Origin: Azolla caroliniana
Lineage: Eukaryota > Plantae > Polypodiophyta
NCBI GenBank assembly: GCA_043228905.1
Contig: JBHGNT010000020.1
Coordinates: 9,114,001-9,178,000, forward strand
Direction: 5' to 3'
DNA length: 64,000 bases
In this document: piece after piece, positions 31,500 through 45,737 of the stretch
Layout of the letters: each line of letters starts with the position of its first letter
Position numbering within the stretch: the stretch's first letter is position 1
Program-made: the position numbers and the translations under genes
Notes under the pieces: generated by a model
The model's input: the letters and a program-made list of their open reading frames with translations, nothing else
Databases searched by the model: none
What the model was told of the DNA's origin: nothing

Positions 31500-34450
31500 A
31501 ATTGTTTTATGAGAAAGGTAAAGAGGTAATGTTTTAAAAGCATGCTCATTGAGGTCTTCCAATGACTGCTCTTTAGTGACGTGATGCAAATGCAGGTTCT
31601 GTAGTTAAATGAAGACCCTGGGGGCCCTGTGCACTGCAATAAGTATGTTATTGTTGCATTTGCTGGTGTATGACAGGGAGAAATGCAGTGGTAACATTTG
31701 ATGGTGAATTAGATGAGGCTGTGGTACCCTTGTCCGAGGCCTTAACATGGCATAGCACTTGAACTTTTTGGTAACATTTACCTGTCAGCACATGGAGGGA
31801 AAATATGTTCATTTGTAAAATGACTGTCCAAATCAAAACACAACCACTACTATAATTTCTAAGGGAAATGGTATATTGAGACATTTCAGTTCATATTGTT
31901 TATAGTAATATGTAGAGGGTCCTAGCATTTGGATGTTGTGATTTAGATATGATTCATGTTTGAAAAATGTGGGAGATGTTCATAGCACTTTATTCCTTTG
32001 TAACTCTTTGAGTACTAATCTAATGTTATACCATTCAAAATTCACTACTAATGGGGAAAAGATAAACGGACCAACAAATGATGGAGCAAAAGCTTGAGAA
32101 ATAGATTGAAGAAGAGGTCAAACAAATTCCTAGACATACTCTAAAAAAAAGTGAGGACATGGGTACCACAAGAATAACGAAGTAGAATGAAAACACGAAG
32201 CTAAAGAACAAGGCAACAATAGAAGCATCGACCAACAACTACGTTTGGTTTGAGGTGATGAAGTCAATATACAATAAATGTATTACATGGAAAATGCACA
32301 TATGATCCACTTTTGTCAAGGCTATATAAGAAAATTGAGAATTCTACGCCATGTGATCATTTAAAGAATGCTCTTGATATATTTGAAGATGCAAATCTCT
32401 TTTGTCTAGGGAGTACCGTGGTAATCTTTTGGTGAAGACAAATGCATTTGCAAAAGATTGGTTACAAGTCTTATGCAATTATTTTGGGAAGGATTTATGT
32501 GCATTGATTAATCAAGAAGAATGTAAAGGAGAAACATGATCCTTTACTATGAGGAGGAGAAGATATTTTTTTAGAGATAAAAACATACATTACTCTTGGA
32601 AGATTATTGTAATATTGATGAATGGGTTCATATGGATGAATGAATGGATGGAAATATAAATGTATGTGGGAGGGGTAACATCACCCCTAGAACTACTTGC
32701 CTCTACTTAATCCAAGTTATGAAGGATGAAGTGCTTCGGAGAGTTTTGTTTGAATGGTTAACTACTACGAGATTTTTTAATAAAGAGGTGTAGTTACCTT
32801 GTCTTATAATTGTTTCTCTGGTTGTATATTGAAGGAAGTCCATGCAATCTCAAAGAAAGGAAAGAATGTTGATTTTTGGAAAAAAAGAAAAAAAAGGAAA
32901 GAACGTTGGTGCATGTGGTCGTCTTTTGAAGGTCGGCTGACACATGAAGTATTGTCATCAATGGGTGACATGGATGGATCGAGGGGGGAGGAGTGGGGCA
33001 TGCACATGTATTTCTTTCTTTCCTAGATTTAAGTTTAGTACATATGGAGTATGCAATAAAACCCAAGGGTTGATCCTACCTTGGGAGGGACATCGTGGCA
33101 ATGGAATGGAGTGCTACCATCCATCCCCAATATTGATTGACATTTGTAAGCATGAATACATCATATGGGACCAAATTTGACGAGGTTATGTGGGGCAAAT
33201 GCGTTGAAGCTTAGAAGGATTTGAAGAATAGAAGAATTGCATAATTGAAAATGACATATGTCGATAATTGAATATTTGGCATTCCATTAAGACTACTATA
33301 TTCTAAAAACTGAGCGTCCCATGAAATTGTAGGCTGCACATCAAATCCTAACATTGGTCAAACGTTAAATAAGCTTGGGACAATTGGTTAGCTCATGACG
33401 ATACCGTATGCAAGTCAAAGTGCCAATAAATATGACAAGGTTAGGATAGTTGAACCTATTAGGAAGTAGAAACTATGCAAACTAAACTTCACAAACCCAT
33501 TTGTAATGTGCATCTCCATATCAAGAGGGTGGCCAACACATTTTATAATATGCATTAAATAATCAATATATTTTATAGTATACATAAATAGTCCAATAGA
33601 AATACACAAGTTTTTAACATGATATCCAATTATTGTCTAGAGAAGAAGTTTGGTAATTGAGGAACTATCTTGTAGAAGATTGAGTATTAAGATGGAACTC
33701 CAATTGATCAAATAAACTTTTTTTGTGGAACATTGGGTAATACGCTAATGTGACATTCCATGATAAAGTCCAAGTGATCGTAAAATGTAAATGTTGACCG
33801 TGTGATCGAGATAGTATGAAGTTAGTACACATACTTGAGTCGTCAATAGCTATGTACACGGATACCAAGGAATTATATCTATTTAGGGGTTTAATCACAA
33901 GCCAAGTAGTTCAAGACTACTACACCGCCCAATGAGTTGGAGCACACTATGCCGTTATATCTATTGAAAAGCTCCTAGAATTAAGCGCTTATTGCTTTAG
34001 GAAAGATAGGTGGATAGGACCGATATTTGCATGCAAGCATTGGCCAATGGTTATAGGATTGATAATGTGTATGTTGATATTATATGGTTGATGAGTATTT
34101 ATAGTACACTATATATTTCTTTGTCATTTAGTATCCATCCTAACATTACATGACATTTGTTAGTAGTGGGCGTCTTCCTTCCTAACGTAAGAACAAATGT
34201 TGCCAATCATAAAAGCATTCATAAGCATGAGTGAATGGAGGAGAAGTTAATGAGGGTTCAGGAATGAGAAAGCTCATAATTTGGTGATGGTGTATGGTAG
34301 GCATGGATTGGCAATATTGTCTTCCATTCCGGGCTGTATGTTTTAAGTGCTCTAAGGGCTATGATTGGGCAATCACCCTTACGAGAGATGCTTTATGGAG
34401 GAATATTGCCAATGGTATATGTTTCCTTTGTATTGTATCACGATAAGTGT
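31500..34450 (+). mobile_element. Possible very decayed LINE remnant
   Basis: Only faint traces resembling WRPI-LL (~33277) and SIRQGCP (~33515); no ORF. Weak support, boundaries uncertain. Confidence 0.25.
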
Positions 34451-34509
34451 GGACAAATATATCGATTGTGTGGGCTTCCATAACTAGAGCTTCAAAGTCC
34501 CCATCTCAA

Positions 34510-34598
34510 AGGCATACATACATACATACATGTGTATGTGTATGTATGTATTATATACACAAATACACATGGTGTATGTGTATATACATTTGTACACG

Positions 34599-34641
<43 letters not shown>

Positions 34642-35199
34642 TATTATATATATATATGTACTATTTATACATTGACCTCCAAGAATGACACTCCTTTCTT
34701 GCCACTTTCAGCCACCAAAATGGCTCGATCACAAAGGAATCAAAAACCTTGTAAAATGTGTTTTTTGTTTTTTTTTTTACACTAATGAAAGAAGGATATC
34801 TTCTTTGGAAAAAACAATACACACTATTTATAAACACATATACATATATATATGTATGTACATGCATATAAGATATATGTATGTATGTACACAGTACATG
34901 CATATATGTATGTTTACAGGTATATGTATATGTATATATACATAAATATACGGTGTAAGTATATATATATAGGTATACAGATCGTGCTTTCTGTTGCTGC
35001 AGATGATGGTGGTGGTGGTGGTGGTGGTGGTGAAGATCATGGGGGGGGTAACGATGGAATCGATTAATTCATTTGTAATTCCGCACGCCTTGCCAATTAC
35101 TGATAGATATACCATGACTGTCCATCATCGAGCTAAGCTTGACCTGTTGCTCTAGATCTTAATATACCAAATTATATATTCTCAAAGGAAGAACACATG

Positions 35200-35239
<40 letters not shown>

Positions 35240-35460
35240 CTTCTTCTTCCTTCTCTGCTTCTGCTTCTGCTTCTGCTCCTCTTCCTGTGTACAGAGGAGT
35301 GGTCTGATTCGAAGCCATTCCCGTGTACAATTTGGTTTATAGAAACTGTCTGCAGCTTTGATTTCTTATAACTAGTATAAGAGTATATACACACACACAC
35401 ACACACACACACGCACATATATATAATTAGAGAGAAAGAGAGAGAGACAGAGCTAGTATT
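34510..35460. repeat. Microsatellite cluster: (CA)n, (TA)n/(TATG)n, (GGT)n, (TC)n
   Basis: Direct reading, e.g. (CA)n ~34601-34638, (GGT)n ~35008-35031, (TC)n ~35205-35236. Confidence 0.9.
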
Positions 35461-35677
35461 TCTTAGGGCAACAGTGGTTTTCAAAAGATACAGTCAGACT
35501 TGGAAGAAAGAAAGGTTATGAAAGGAGATCTGGAAGAAGTTCACAAGTCTACTAGAGATACATAAAACGTCGAATAATAATAATAATAAGCAGCAGCAGA
35601 AAAAGATTCATCAGAAGAATCAGAAGAATCAGAAGAAGAAGAAGAAGAGGAGGAGGAGGAGGGGGAGGAAGAAGACG

Positions 35678-38600
35678 ATGAAGATGAGGGCGACGAGGCT
35701 GGTTGCTTCTGGTGCTGCCATCGGAAACATGCTCAACGGATGGGATAGTGCAACTCTTGCAGGCAATCTATTCTCTACTGTATGATGTATCTACTACCAC
35801 ATAAACCCTAATTCTGTCTCGACAATAATCCACCCTAAACCCCCTATTATACATCTACTACCACATAAACCCTTGAATTTTCTGTCTCGACAATAATCTG
35901 TACCCTAAACCGAATCTTTTTATCTATCACATAAACCCTTAATTCTGTCTCTAAAAACCCTAAGAACTTAATACATCTTCCATGATCATGGATCACCGTT
36001 GGGGGCTTTGGCTTCCACACAATATTGTCAATCCTACCCCCATTCACACTACACACGCTTCTTTAGTCACAATCATAATCTAGGTTGTGCACCCTTGAAT
36101 TTTGAGACGTCCATCAGTAAAATTCTTGAGCATCAAATCAAATCTAGTGAAATCATATCAACATGGATCACTACTGAAACACCCCAAACGCGGCATTTCC
36201 TTTTTAGTTCGGGGGACATTATAGCGGAGGATGATATAATCTAATTGCTTTCTAATTTTTGCAGTATTTCACGAAACTATTGTATTGCACATACATACAT
36301 ACATACATTACATACATGTACATTTATACATACATACATTCATTCATACATACATACATACATACATACATACATACATTACATACATGTACATTTATAC
36401 ATACATACATACATTCATTCATTCATACATACATACATACATACATACATGCATGCATGCATGCATGCATGCATTACGTACTGATACACCATAGCATCAA
36501 AGTCATAAAATTGAGAGAAAACCCAAGCTTGACACTCTCCATGGGCTAGTCTCCGTCTCATAGATCGTAACCAGTTTCCCGTGGATCATACAAAGATATC
36601 TATATCTACTTATTTGTAAATGTATGTGTGACAAATAAATGGCATCTTGATGTGTCCACTATGTCTAATCACATATTCTATCTACACACAATTGAAACAT
36701 ATGTAACAATCCAATATGTTATCAACTTCCATGTAAACCCTAAACCCTAAACCAAACCCACCATAACTACTGTACAAGTTTGCGAACAAACCCACAAGTA
36801 ACGTTTGTCAACAACCCTACCAATCAATTTGTGTCTCCAAACATTCGGTGTGGCCTCTCTTATAAAATCAAATCGTTAAATGTTACAAGCCATAACCGAT
36901 GAATGGGGGGGGGGGGGGGAACTTGTCCGAGAGTCTCTTGGAATAGTCCAAAGTATGAGTCTATAAGTTCCATCCAACGAATTTGGTTGTACTCACACAA
37001 CAATCTTTTGCAATGTGCAGGAGCCCTGCTGTACATCATTCCCGAGTTCGGATTGGACACGCGCACCATCCTCGAAGGCTTCATTGTCGCGGCCTCCCTA
37101 GTAGGTGCTGCTATTAGCACCACATTCGCAGGGCCGGGTGCAGATCGGCTTGGCCGACGCCCGATTCTGTGCATATCTGCCACATTGTATTGTCTTGGTG
37201 CTTTGCTCATGCTATGGTCCCCCAATGTATACTTGCTGGTGGTAGCGCGCCTGATCGATGGGGTCGGGGTGGGCCTAGCCGTGACAACAGCCCCGCTCTA
37301 CATTTCGGAAGTCTCTCCGGCCGAAATCCGTGGAGAATTGAACACTCTACCGCAACTCTTAGGCACATCGGGCGTATTTCTAGCGTATTGTATGGTATTT
37401 TTCATCTCGCTTACCACCGATCCCAGCTGGAGGTTGATGTTAGGGGTCATGCTCATCCCGTCGGCCATTTACTTAGCCATAGCTTTCTTTTTTCTACCTG
37501 AGTCTCCGAGGTGGCTCGTCAGTAAGGGCCGTACGAGAGAAGCAAAGCAAGTCTTACAACGACTCCGGAATAAAGAAGATGTGTCAGGTAAGGTTTTATG
37601 TCAAATTTCTTGTTCACCAACATGTAGCAAATATTGTTTCGAAATGTTCCTTTTAAAGATCAAGCTTAATCAGGATCATTTCGTAAAAACTTGTACTGAA
37701 TTGTTACTTATGTTTAGATTTGGTCAATGCATTCGCTGTTACTTATGTTAGATTTCATCATCGTATTCAAGTTATTTGTGTTCATGACACAATTATAACT
37801 AAATTTGATCAATGGGTTCATCATTTGTGTTTGTTATATGCAATAACCTTTCACGTAATTAGAAAGACATACCTTAATTTTCAATAGATTTCATCAATGT
37901 CTTCATCATTTCTGCTTGGTATACAATAACCTTTCATGTGAGAAAGAAAATGCTTAATTTTCACCCGGTAATTTATTCCATGCCACTTTAATTTGCGTGT
38001 AATGTCTCTGTCCTTTTTTTAATTCATGATCATACCTCAGGTTACTTCTCTCTTTTAATGTCATTTCACCAGGAGAAATGGCTCTTCTAGTGGAGGGACT
38101 GGATGTGGGTGAAGATCCAGCCTTGGAAGAGTACATCATCGAGCCGGCCGAGAATTTGGTGAAAGATTTCGATGAAGAGAACCTTGGTGGTGAAGAAGAA
38201 CCTCATCTTAAAATTGTCGCCCAAAATGGGGAGACGCAATTCATCGCGAAGCCCATCTCTAGTCGCACTTCATCTCAGGGCGTAATCCTTTCGAGGCCCA
38301 CAAGTGTTGCTCATCAATTATCGAGCCTCGGAAGTTTTCCCAATTTCATGGACCCAATGGTCGGCTTCATGGGAAGCTTAAAGGGCTCTTTCGTGGACCA
38401 TCGTCGGCTTGAGTTTGAAGATGAAGATAATGAAGAGAATGCGATAAGGAGGCCACATGAAGAAGACTTACACGATCACGATATTGGCAATGCCGAGAGT
38501 GATTACGGAGATGGGGATCTAACTAGTCCTTTACTCTCAAGACGCGCTCGTCATTCCAACGATAACCCGGACATAGTCGACCCTACATTAGGAATTAGGT

Positions 38601-40174
38601 CTCCAGGTATAAGTGGCCAACATGGCAACCATATTGTTGGGTCAGTTAGCAGTGCCGACATCGGCGGTGGTTGGCGTGTGGGTTGGATGTGGTCCGATTC
38701 CATTGAAACTAGTGATGGCAACATACCTAGTGGGCAAACTGCTGGAAGCTACAAGAAGGTATTTCTGTTCGAGAATTATGGAGATGGAGCTCACATGGAA
38801 TCGTCGCATACACTTCATGATCACCATGGTCCTGGTCATGAGGAGCATGAAGTGTATCATTCCGTCCCTGCCGTAGCTATAGTTAGTCGGCCATCTCAGT
38901 ACAGCGTGAAGGATTTTGCTTTAGAGAACCAAGTTGGACCTGCGGTGGTACATCCCGCGGAATCAGCCCAAAGGAAACCATCGTGGTCCGAGCTATTCGA
39001 AGGCGGTGTGAGAGAGGCTCTCATGGTCGGCGTCACGTTGCAGATACTTGAGCAGGTTGAACCTCCTTTGCCTTCTCCTTGAATCAAATTTGTTGAGTTA
39101 AATATGTCCTAGAAGACTCACCTAACAAATGGCTATATAATTATCGTAAATTTTTCGCCAAAAGTTTGGGGGCATCAATGCGGTTCTAAACTTCGCCCCG
39201 GAGATACTTCAGGAGTCGGGAGCGGATGTGTTGCTGTCGAGTATGGGGATTGGGTCCGAATCCGCCTCCATTCTCGCCAGTGCTGCCACCCAGCTATTAG
39301 CCATTCCTTTCATTCTAGTGTCAATGAGGCTAATGGATGTAGTGGGGAGGAGGTAACCAATTGATTTGCAGCATGTCTATTACTCTAAGACAACATGTAA
39401 CTAACTAGCATATATAATTCATACAAGTACTTGGAAAGAGCAGTTGAATCACCAACTAATTCTTGTCAAAAACATATGCATAATGCTTGTCAAAAACATA
39501 ATGTATAATGCTTGTCAAAAACATAATGTATAATGCTTGTCAAAAACATAATGTATAATGCTTGTCAAAAACATAATGTAGAATGCTTGTCAAAAACATA
39601 ATGTATAATGTATATATTATATGTTCCATTCTCTCTTATGTATGAGGAGGAACTTATTTATTACCCACTGAATTGGAATCTATTTTGCAGAAAAATACTT
39701 TTGATCACCATCCCCATCCTAGTGCTAGCATTGTCATGCCTCATCATCATCAGTGTTGTACCCACGAGCGATGCTGTCTTCTCGTCGGTATCATTCCTGG
39801 GCTTTGTCGTGTACGTTATCTTCTTCGTAACGGGGTTCGGGCCCATTCCCAACATGTTGTGTGCCGAGATATTCCCGACGAGGGTGAGAGGCATTTGCAT
39901 CGGGATATGCCAGACCGCCATGTGGGTGACTAACATACTAGTGACCGAACTATTCCCGTCCTTGGATGCCACTCTCGGGACTGCGATGACCTTTGCGTTC
40001 TTCGCCTTCTTCTGTATAGTCGCGTGGATCTTTGTGTATGTGAAGGTACCTGAAACCAAAGGCATGCCATTAGAGGTCATCGTGGAGATCTTTTCGATAA
40101 GAGCCGCGGACAGAAAGAAATCGAACGCAGCGAAGAATAATAGTAAGGAGACGGAGAAGAAAGCTGACATGTGA
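35678..40174 (+). CDS. Tonoplast sugar transporter / monosaccharide-sensing protein-like MFS transporter, 768 aa; exons 35678-35762, 37021-37587, 38073-39055, 39165-39352, 39691-40174
   Basis: 'AAIGNMLNGWDSATLAG-ALLYI', 'DRLGRR', 'YISE..P.EIRG.LNTLPQ', PESPRWL, long acidic central loop with 'DIGGGW', 'GFGPIPNMLCAEIFPTRVRG', PETKGMPLEVI; exons sum to 2307 nt. Confidence 0.92.
36288..36476. repeat. (ACAT)n/(GCAT)n compound microsatellite in transporter intron 1
   Basis: Direct reading of the sequence. Confidence 0.9.
39462..39610. repeat. 25-bp minisatellite, 6 copies, in transporter intron 4
   Basis: CTTGTCAAAAACATAATGTATAATG units at 39462 (24 nt), 39486, 39511, 39536, 39561, 39586. Confidence 0.95.
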
Positions 40175-42104
40175 TCACACAAGTGACTGAAGTTCGAATT
40201 TTGTTGTCCAAAGAAACTGTCTTCTACCGAGAACCTTAAATTATGTTGCTCTATAAACACAGAGTAGCAAGACATGATCACATTGGAAAAATCACCATGA
40301 CTGGCATATCTGCATTCATTAGATGGCAAATACTCATATATTGCCTCTCAAATAATGGCTACTTGAATGTATAATCCTTCTCCAAGTTTTTGTTACAACT
40401 GATGTTTTTGGATCTGATATCAGTTTCTAACTCATCAGAACTTTTGACAACTGCTCTTTTTTTGTTCATTGTCTCCCATTAAGCATTGAAGGGCATATGT
40501 TTGCATTATTTTCTCATTGTTCTTGATTCTCATAGGCTGTATCGATTCTTCATGGTTCATTTTTTCCTCGCATCAGTGGTTTCCAGATAGGTCTATTATG
40601 ATGTACTTCTAAAAACCGAAAGAGAGTGGTAATATACTAATAGGTGGAGCCACCCAAAAATGCTCCAAAGAAAAGACCTCAGTAAATTAATTGTGGATTT
40701 GTTGAGCTTGAAGAATGGGCAAGATTTTCTTTTGGGCCAAATAAATACGCATTGTTGAGAGTTTTAATGGGCAAAGATTTATTGTTGCAACTTGAGTGAG
40801 TATGTGGGATGATACATAACCAAGATTGCAATATGAATGGGAAATTCTTCCTTAATGTTTCATAGATATATGGTGTATAACATGTAAGACTATAGCTAAC
40901 CTCAACTTTAAAGTGAGTTCAGACATTCTTGTACCAAATGAGACATAAATTGGGTAACAAAAGATCAACTTACATGAGCACAAGCCTTCTCTATATCTAG
41001 TTGTATCATTATAATTTCTTGTTTTGATTCCTTTGCATACTCCATGATCATTTGGGCCTTCAAAATGTTATGAAGGATGGCCTTCCCTCAATAAACCCAT
41101 ATTGTATAGGATGGACCATAGATGGTAACACCATTTGAAGTTGAATTGCTACTACTTTGGCAAAAATATTGTACAACGCAACCATTAAATGATGTCGGTC
41201 TTCATTGACCAAACGAAACAAGAGAATCAACTTTTGGTCTAAGCTTAATGAGACCAGATTTCATGAATTGTAAGAGGGCCTTTGAGTTGTTGAACGGAAG
41301 CTTTAACAAACTCATTTGAAATTCTATCCCAACCTAAACTTTTGTCATTTGAGAGATGTGATAATGCACACTCGTCCTCTTCCTTGATATCCTCATCCAA
41401 TGTGATCATGACAAAAAATTATCCTTGATTGATTCTAATAACGTTAATTGTGGTTGCCTCATCTCATCATTTAGGCAACATTCTTGGCCAAAACGATTTG
41501 TAAAATTTGTAATTACTTGGGAATTTGTATTGAAAGAAAGTTCCATCAATATTTTGGCATACCACATTCACTCTAGCGTGGGATGCATGCAACTCTCTTC
41601 TTTTATCAAGTTTTTTGGTAAAAGCACACAATTATTATTAATTGCATGTAAAACCCAATGTTACAATTTCTTGGTTTTCTCTAACTATGTAGGTAGAGGG
41701 ATGTCCTCCAAACACATTAAAAAACCTAATTATACATGTGAGGAAATGATCCCCACTAGCACGTTATGAATCTCTTGCAAAAAGGACTCATGATGCATCA
41801 TATACATTTGGTCCAATATACTCCCAGTTTCCTAATATTGTATAGATTGAAATCATTTCCATGTATCCAACTTCAAAACCTCCTATGTATATTTGTCCCA
41901 AACAATTTGCTTAGAAAAATCCAACAACGAGAATTGTGAAGTAGATTGTGATGCATCATCAAGACAAATGTTAAAATCATACATCAACAAACCTGCTTGA
42001 CCCATTGATAACCTCGTATACATAGAAGACCTGATTAGTAATGTTAAATGTATAAATTTCTACGAACCATATCAAAGGACTTGAGTTCCATCACCAAAAA
42101 GCGT

Positions 42105-45100
42105 TGTCTAGGTAGTCGTGGTTCGTGTGGCGAAGTTACAGGGACTTGGGGTAAGGGGAGTTTGAGCAAAAATTTAGAAGGTTTGTGCTACGATGTCACC
42201 GAGATTAAGGATAGGAAGAATAAGAGATAAAAATAATGTGCAAGAGAGAGACGAGCAAGGACAAGAGGTATAGACAAAGTATGATTTAAGAAGCAAGAGT
42301 ATGATTTAAGAAGCAAGAGTATACGATAAGAACATGTTTTATATTAAGAATACAAGACTTTACCAAAGTTACAATGCTCGATCATAGAGATGGAACTTTT
42401 ATTTACCAAACTCCGCATCTGAACCCTTAACTTCAATTTCAAGAGACAAGATACTTCCCACTCGAGCTAACTTGTTTGATTAATTATTTGATTTTCTTAA
42501 CTTAATTCCTTCATAGCCCTTGATTCCTTTTTATAGGTGATGTGAGGGTGTATGTGATGCATGATGGCCATTTGGCACACATGCGTTACATGTGATGCAT
42601 GACAGCCATCATGCTCAACTGAGCTCCCATGTATGAAAAATAAACATGCCATAAGTATGATGATGAAAAATAATTTATCTTCATGGTATGTGCTATGTAC
42701 TTATATACAAGGTTATGGGTTTAAGTTTCTCAAACCTCACTTAATATAATATTTGAGTTTATTTTTACACCGTGAAATAATTTCTTCATGACACCCACCC
42801 CCTCTGAACTTGCACATTGGTAGTGGAGAGTTCATCCAAAATCTTGGAAAACCTCTTCATTCACCTCCCGAACTAGATGTTCCCTCAAGCGTTCTTTGTT
42901 TCTTTCATGGTTAGGCCTTACGGTTAAGAATTGGATCATCTTCCTTCCATCCTGACTCTTGATCCTCGTGAAAACCGAACCATCATCTATCACCTTTGTT
43001 TTTAACCTTATTGTGGTGATGTATGGCTGACCAAGGATGCGGGGTAGGTTGATCGATCTTGCACAAAGAAATTTTGATCCACCAATACATCTCCAATTGT
43101 TACCTTCACATTAGGACATGCTCCGAATAGATCCTCTGTCGTCTCCGTTGTAGATCTTATCTTCCACCCAGGATTCTTGTCAATCGGCCACCGCCTTTGA
43201 GCGTAAAATTCTGGCGACATCATGTTAATATCTGATCCACGATTGATCAAAGCAATACATGGAATTTGTTGCTCCCCAATTTTTCAGGCGCCTCCATCGT
43301 TGCTCGAGCCTAATGGTTCCTTGTATAATGATTCCTATTCCCTTCATGAATCCCAACACCATTTCTGTTTTTTACACTTGCAACATTGATGGTGCCAACA
43401 CCTAAAGCTTGGAGTGTTGCTGCAGACCCTCTTGTAACTTCATCTGTCACCTGTCTTTTTCTATTATAACTTCATGAAATTCTTTCTTTGCAATACCCAA
43501 TACCTCCCTAAAAGTAAATTCCACTTTACTATTTAATGTTCTTGTTTCTAGTACCTATTTATATCCGTCACCACTTCTATGTCTGAAGCAAGCTTGAAAC
43601 CCGAGCCTGTCTTCCTTTTTACTTTATCAACTTCCTTTGGCTCAGGAGCACCCTTTTCTATCTCTCTTTTCTTTTGTTCTCTTGTCTCATGTCTTTTTGT
43701 CGGATCAGCCTCCTCAACTCTCTTCCACTTCTCTCCTACTAGTACATCTTGTGCATCCACTTGGGTGAATGTTGATAATGCATCTACCGGATCATTCCAT
43801 CCAGTGAAGTTCTGTATTTGATCTCCCACTCTTTTTAATTCATCACTTGAACCTTCCCTTTTCTTGTATATACTCCATCATATCTTGCCAAAAGCCAGAT
43901 TCACCACATGAGTCTTTTGCGCGCAACCCTAAGGTTGCCACAGATTGTATCACTTGAATTGTTTTTCTCTCGACAACTTCCATTAGCTTTTTCATTCCAC
44001 CTTGCCCGAAGTTAAGTTGGAGTGGTTGTCGAGTTGCGGTTGAGTGAATCTTACCATCTTGATAATAGATTTTATCATGATTGGTGTGTATCACTTGAAT
44101 TGTTTTTCTCTCGACAACTTCCATTAGCTTTTTCATTCCACCTCGCCCAAAGTTAAGTTGGAGTGGTTGTCGAGTCTCTGTTGAGTGAATCTTACCATCT
44201 TGATAATATATGTTATCATGATTAAGTGCATCTCTATGTTCTTGACAATCTTTTCTTCTGGTGGGTTAATACTGTTGCACCACATGCACCACATGCACCA
44301 CATGCACCGTCAAACCATTCCACCTCACATTTGCGAGGTCAAGCTTTGTCCCGATTCCAACTTCGTCACTTTGACTGACAAGTCTTTCATGCCTTTCACC
44401 AATTCTTGTAAGAGCGACTCTTCCACTTTCTTTTCTCTTGAGTTGTTCCCTGTTTCTTCTCCCTTTGTCTCTGACAGCTCCATAAACCATAACTTTCTTT
44501 ATAGAAATGGGCACAAGCTCTTTTCACTTCCTCCTAGTCTTCGGTAAGTCCTCTTGGACTATTCTGATCTTTGAGAAGTATTCCCAAGTCTTTCCTATCT
44601 TTAATATTAGTGGCTTGTAGAAACAAAGTTACTTTATCTGGCATTATTATATTTCTATCCCTAACATTTAATGACTCAAATATTTCTGAAAACTATTTTA
44701 ATACTTCTAAAACACTTAAATGTTTATCAAACTCTACCCAATCCATGAAAGCTCGCCTTGTCATCTTTGACATATCATTGAGGTTGTATTCATCCACTAA
44801 TGCTCTTTCAAAAGTCAACCATTTTTTATGCTCCCAATGTAGCTCTTGGATCCTTTCTTGTAGCCCAATCGCAACGACTTGACTAAAGGTATTAATTTTT
44901 GTAGCTTCGTTGACGCCTCAGTTAAGCATTTCCTCATTGTAAATCTTCAAAAATCTTGTTAAATTCAAACCTTCGAAGATTCCTACTCGTGCAAGAATAT
45001 TGTCAATGGCTTTGTCGATGCTTGACATCATCCCTTCTCCCGCACCATTTGTTCAATCATCGTACACATAAGCCTAATTTGCTCCTACATTTCTCCTTGT

Positions 45101-45737
45101 TGCCGCCTTCATGTCAGGTTCACCAAATATGTCGGGATAGTTGTGGTTTGTGCGGCGAAGTCACAGGGACTAAGGTTAAGGGGAATTTGAGCAAAAATTT
45201 ATAAGGCTTGTGCTACAATGTCATAGAGATTAAGGATATGAGGAATAAGAGATTAAAATAACGTATAAGAACATATGATTTTACCAAAGTTACAATGCTC
45301 GATCGTAGAGATAGAACTTTTATCTACCAAACTCTAGATATGAACCCATCACTTCAATTTTGAGAGACAAGATACTTCCCAATTGAGTTAACTTGTTTGA
45401 TTGATTATTTGATTTTCTTATCTTGATTCCTTTTTATAGGTGCACTCATGCATATGATGATGTGAGGGTGCTGTGATGCATGTGATACATGATGGCCATT
45501 TGGCGCACATGCGTTACATGTGATGCATGATAGCCATCATGCTTAGCTGAGCTCCCATGTATGAAAAATAAACATGCCATAACTATATTGATGAAAAAAT
45601 AATTATAAGAAATAATTTATCGTGATGGTATGTGTGACATACTTGTTATACAAGGTTATAGGTTCCAAGTTTCTCAAACTTCACTTAATATAATATTTGA
45701 GTTTATTTTTATATTGTGAAACAATTTCTTCACGACA
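42105..45737 (-). mobile_element. Non-autonomous Ty3/gypsy element (gag plus protease remnant only) with tRNA-Trp-type PBS
   Basis: Diverged LTRs 42105-42793 and 45130-45737 (TGTC..GACA); PPT complement CCCACCCCCT 42794-42803; PBS 45108-45125; protease 'ALINRGSDINMM' (~43250); no RT/integrase in the 2.3-kb interior. Confidence 0.85.
43946..44228. repeat. 141-bp in-frame tandem duplication in gag
   Basis: GTATCACTTGAATTG at 43947 and 44088; peptide MKKLMEVVERKTIQVI occurs twice. Confidence 0.9.

Noticed and set aside
36245-36549. Overlapping His/Thr/Tyr/Ile-rich ORFs (also 34447-35115)
   Set aside because: Translations of microsatellites.
36735-36753. Interstitial telomeric array (also ~47905-47952)
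   Set aside because: Only 2-3 imperfect units; common telo-box-like sequence.
36903-37020. ORF-track start MGGGGG.. as the transporter N-terminus
   Set aside because: Intronic poly-G; the conserved first helix is in exon 35678-35762 and an AG acceptor sits at 37019-20.
39661-40329. 222-aa antisense ORF
   Set aside because: Mirror of the transporter's last exon; no independent motif.
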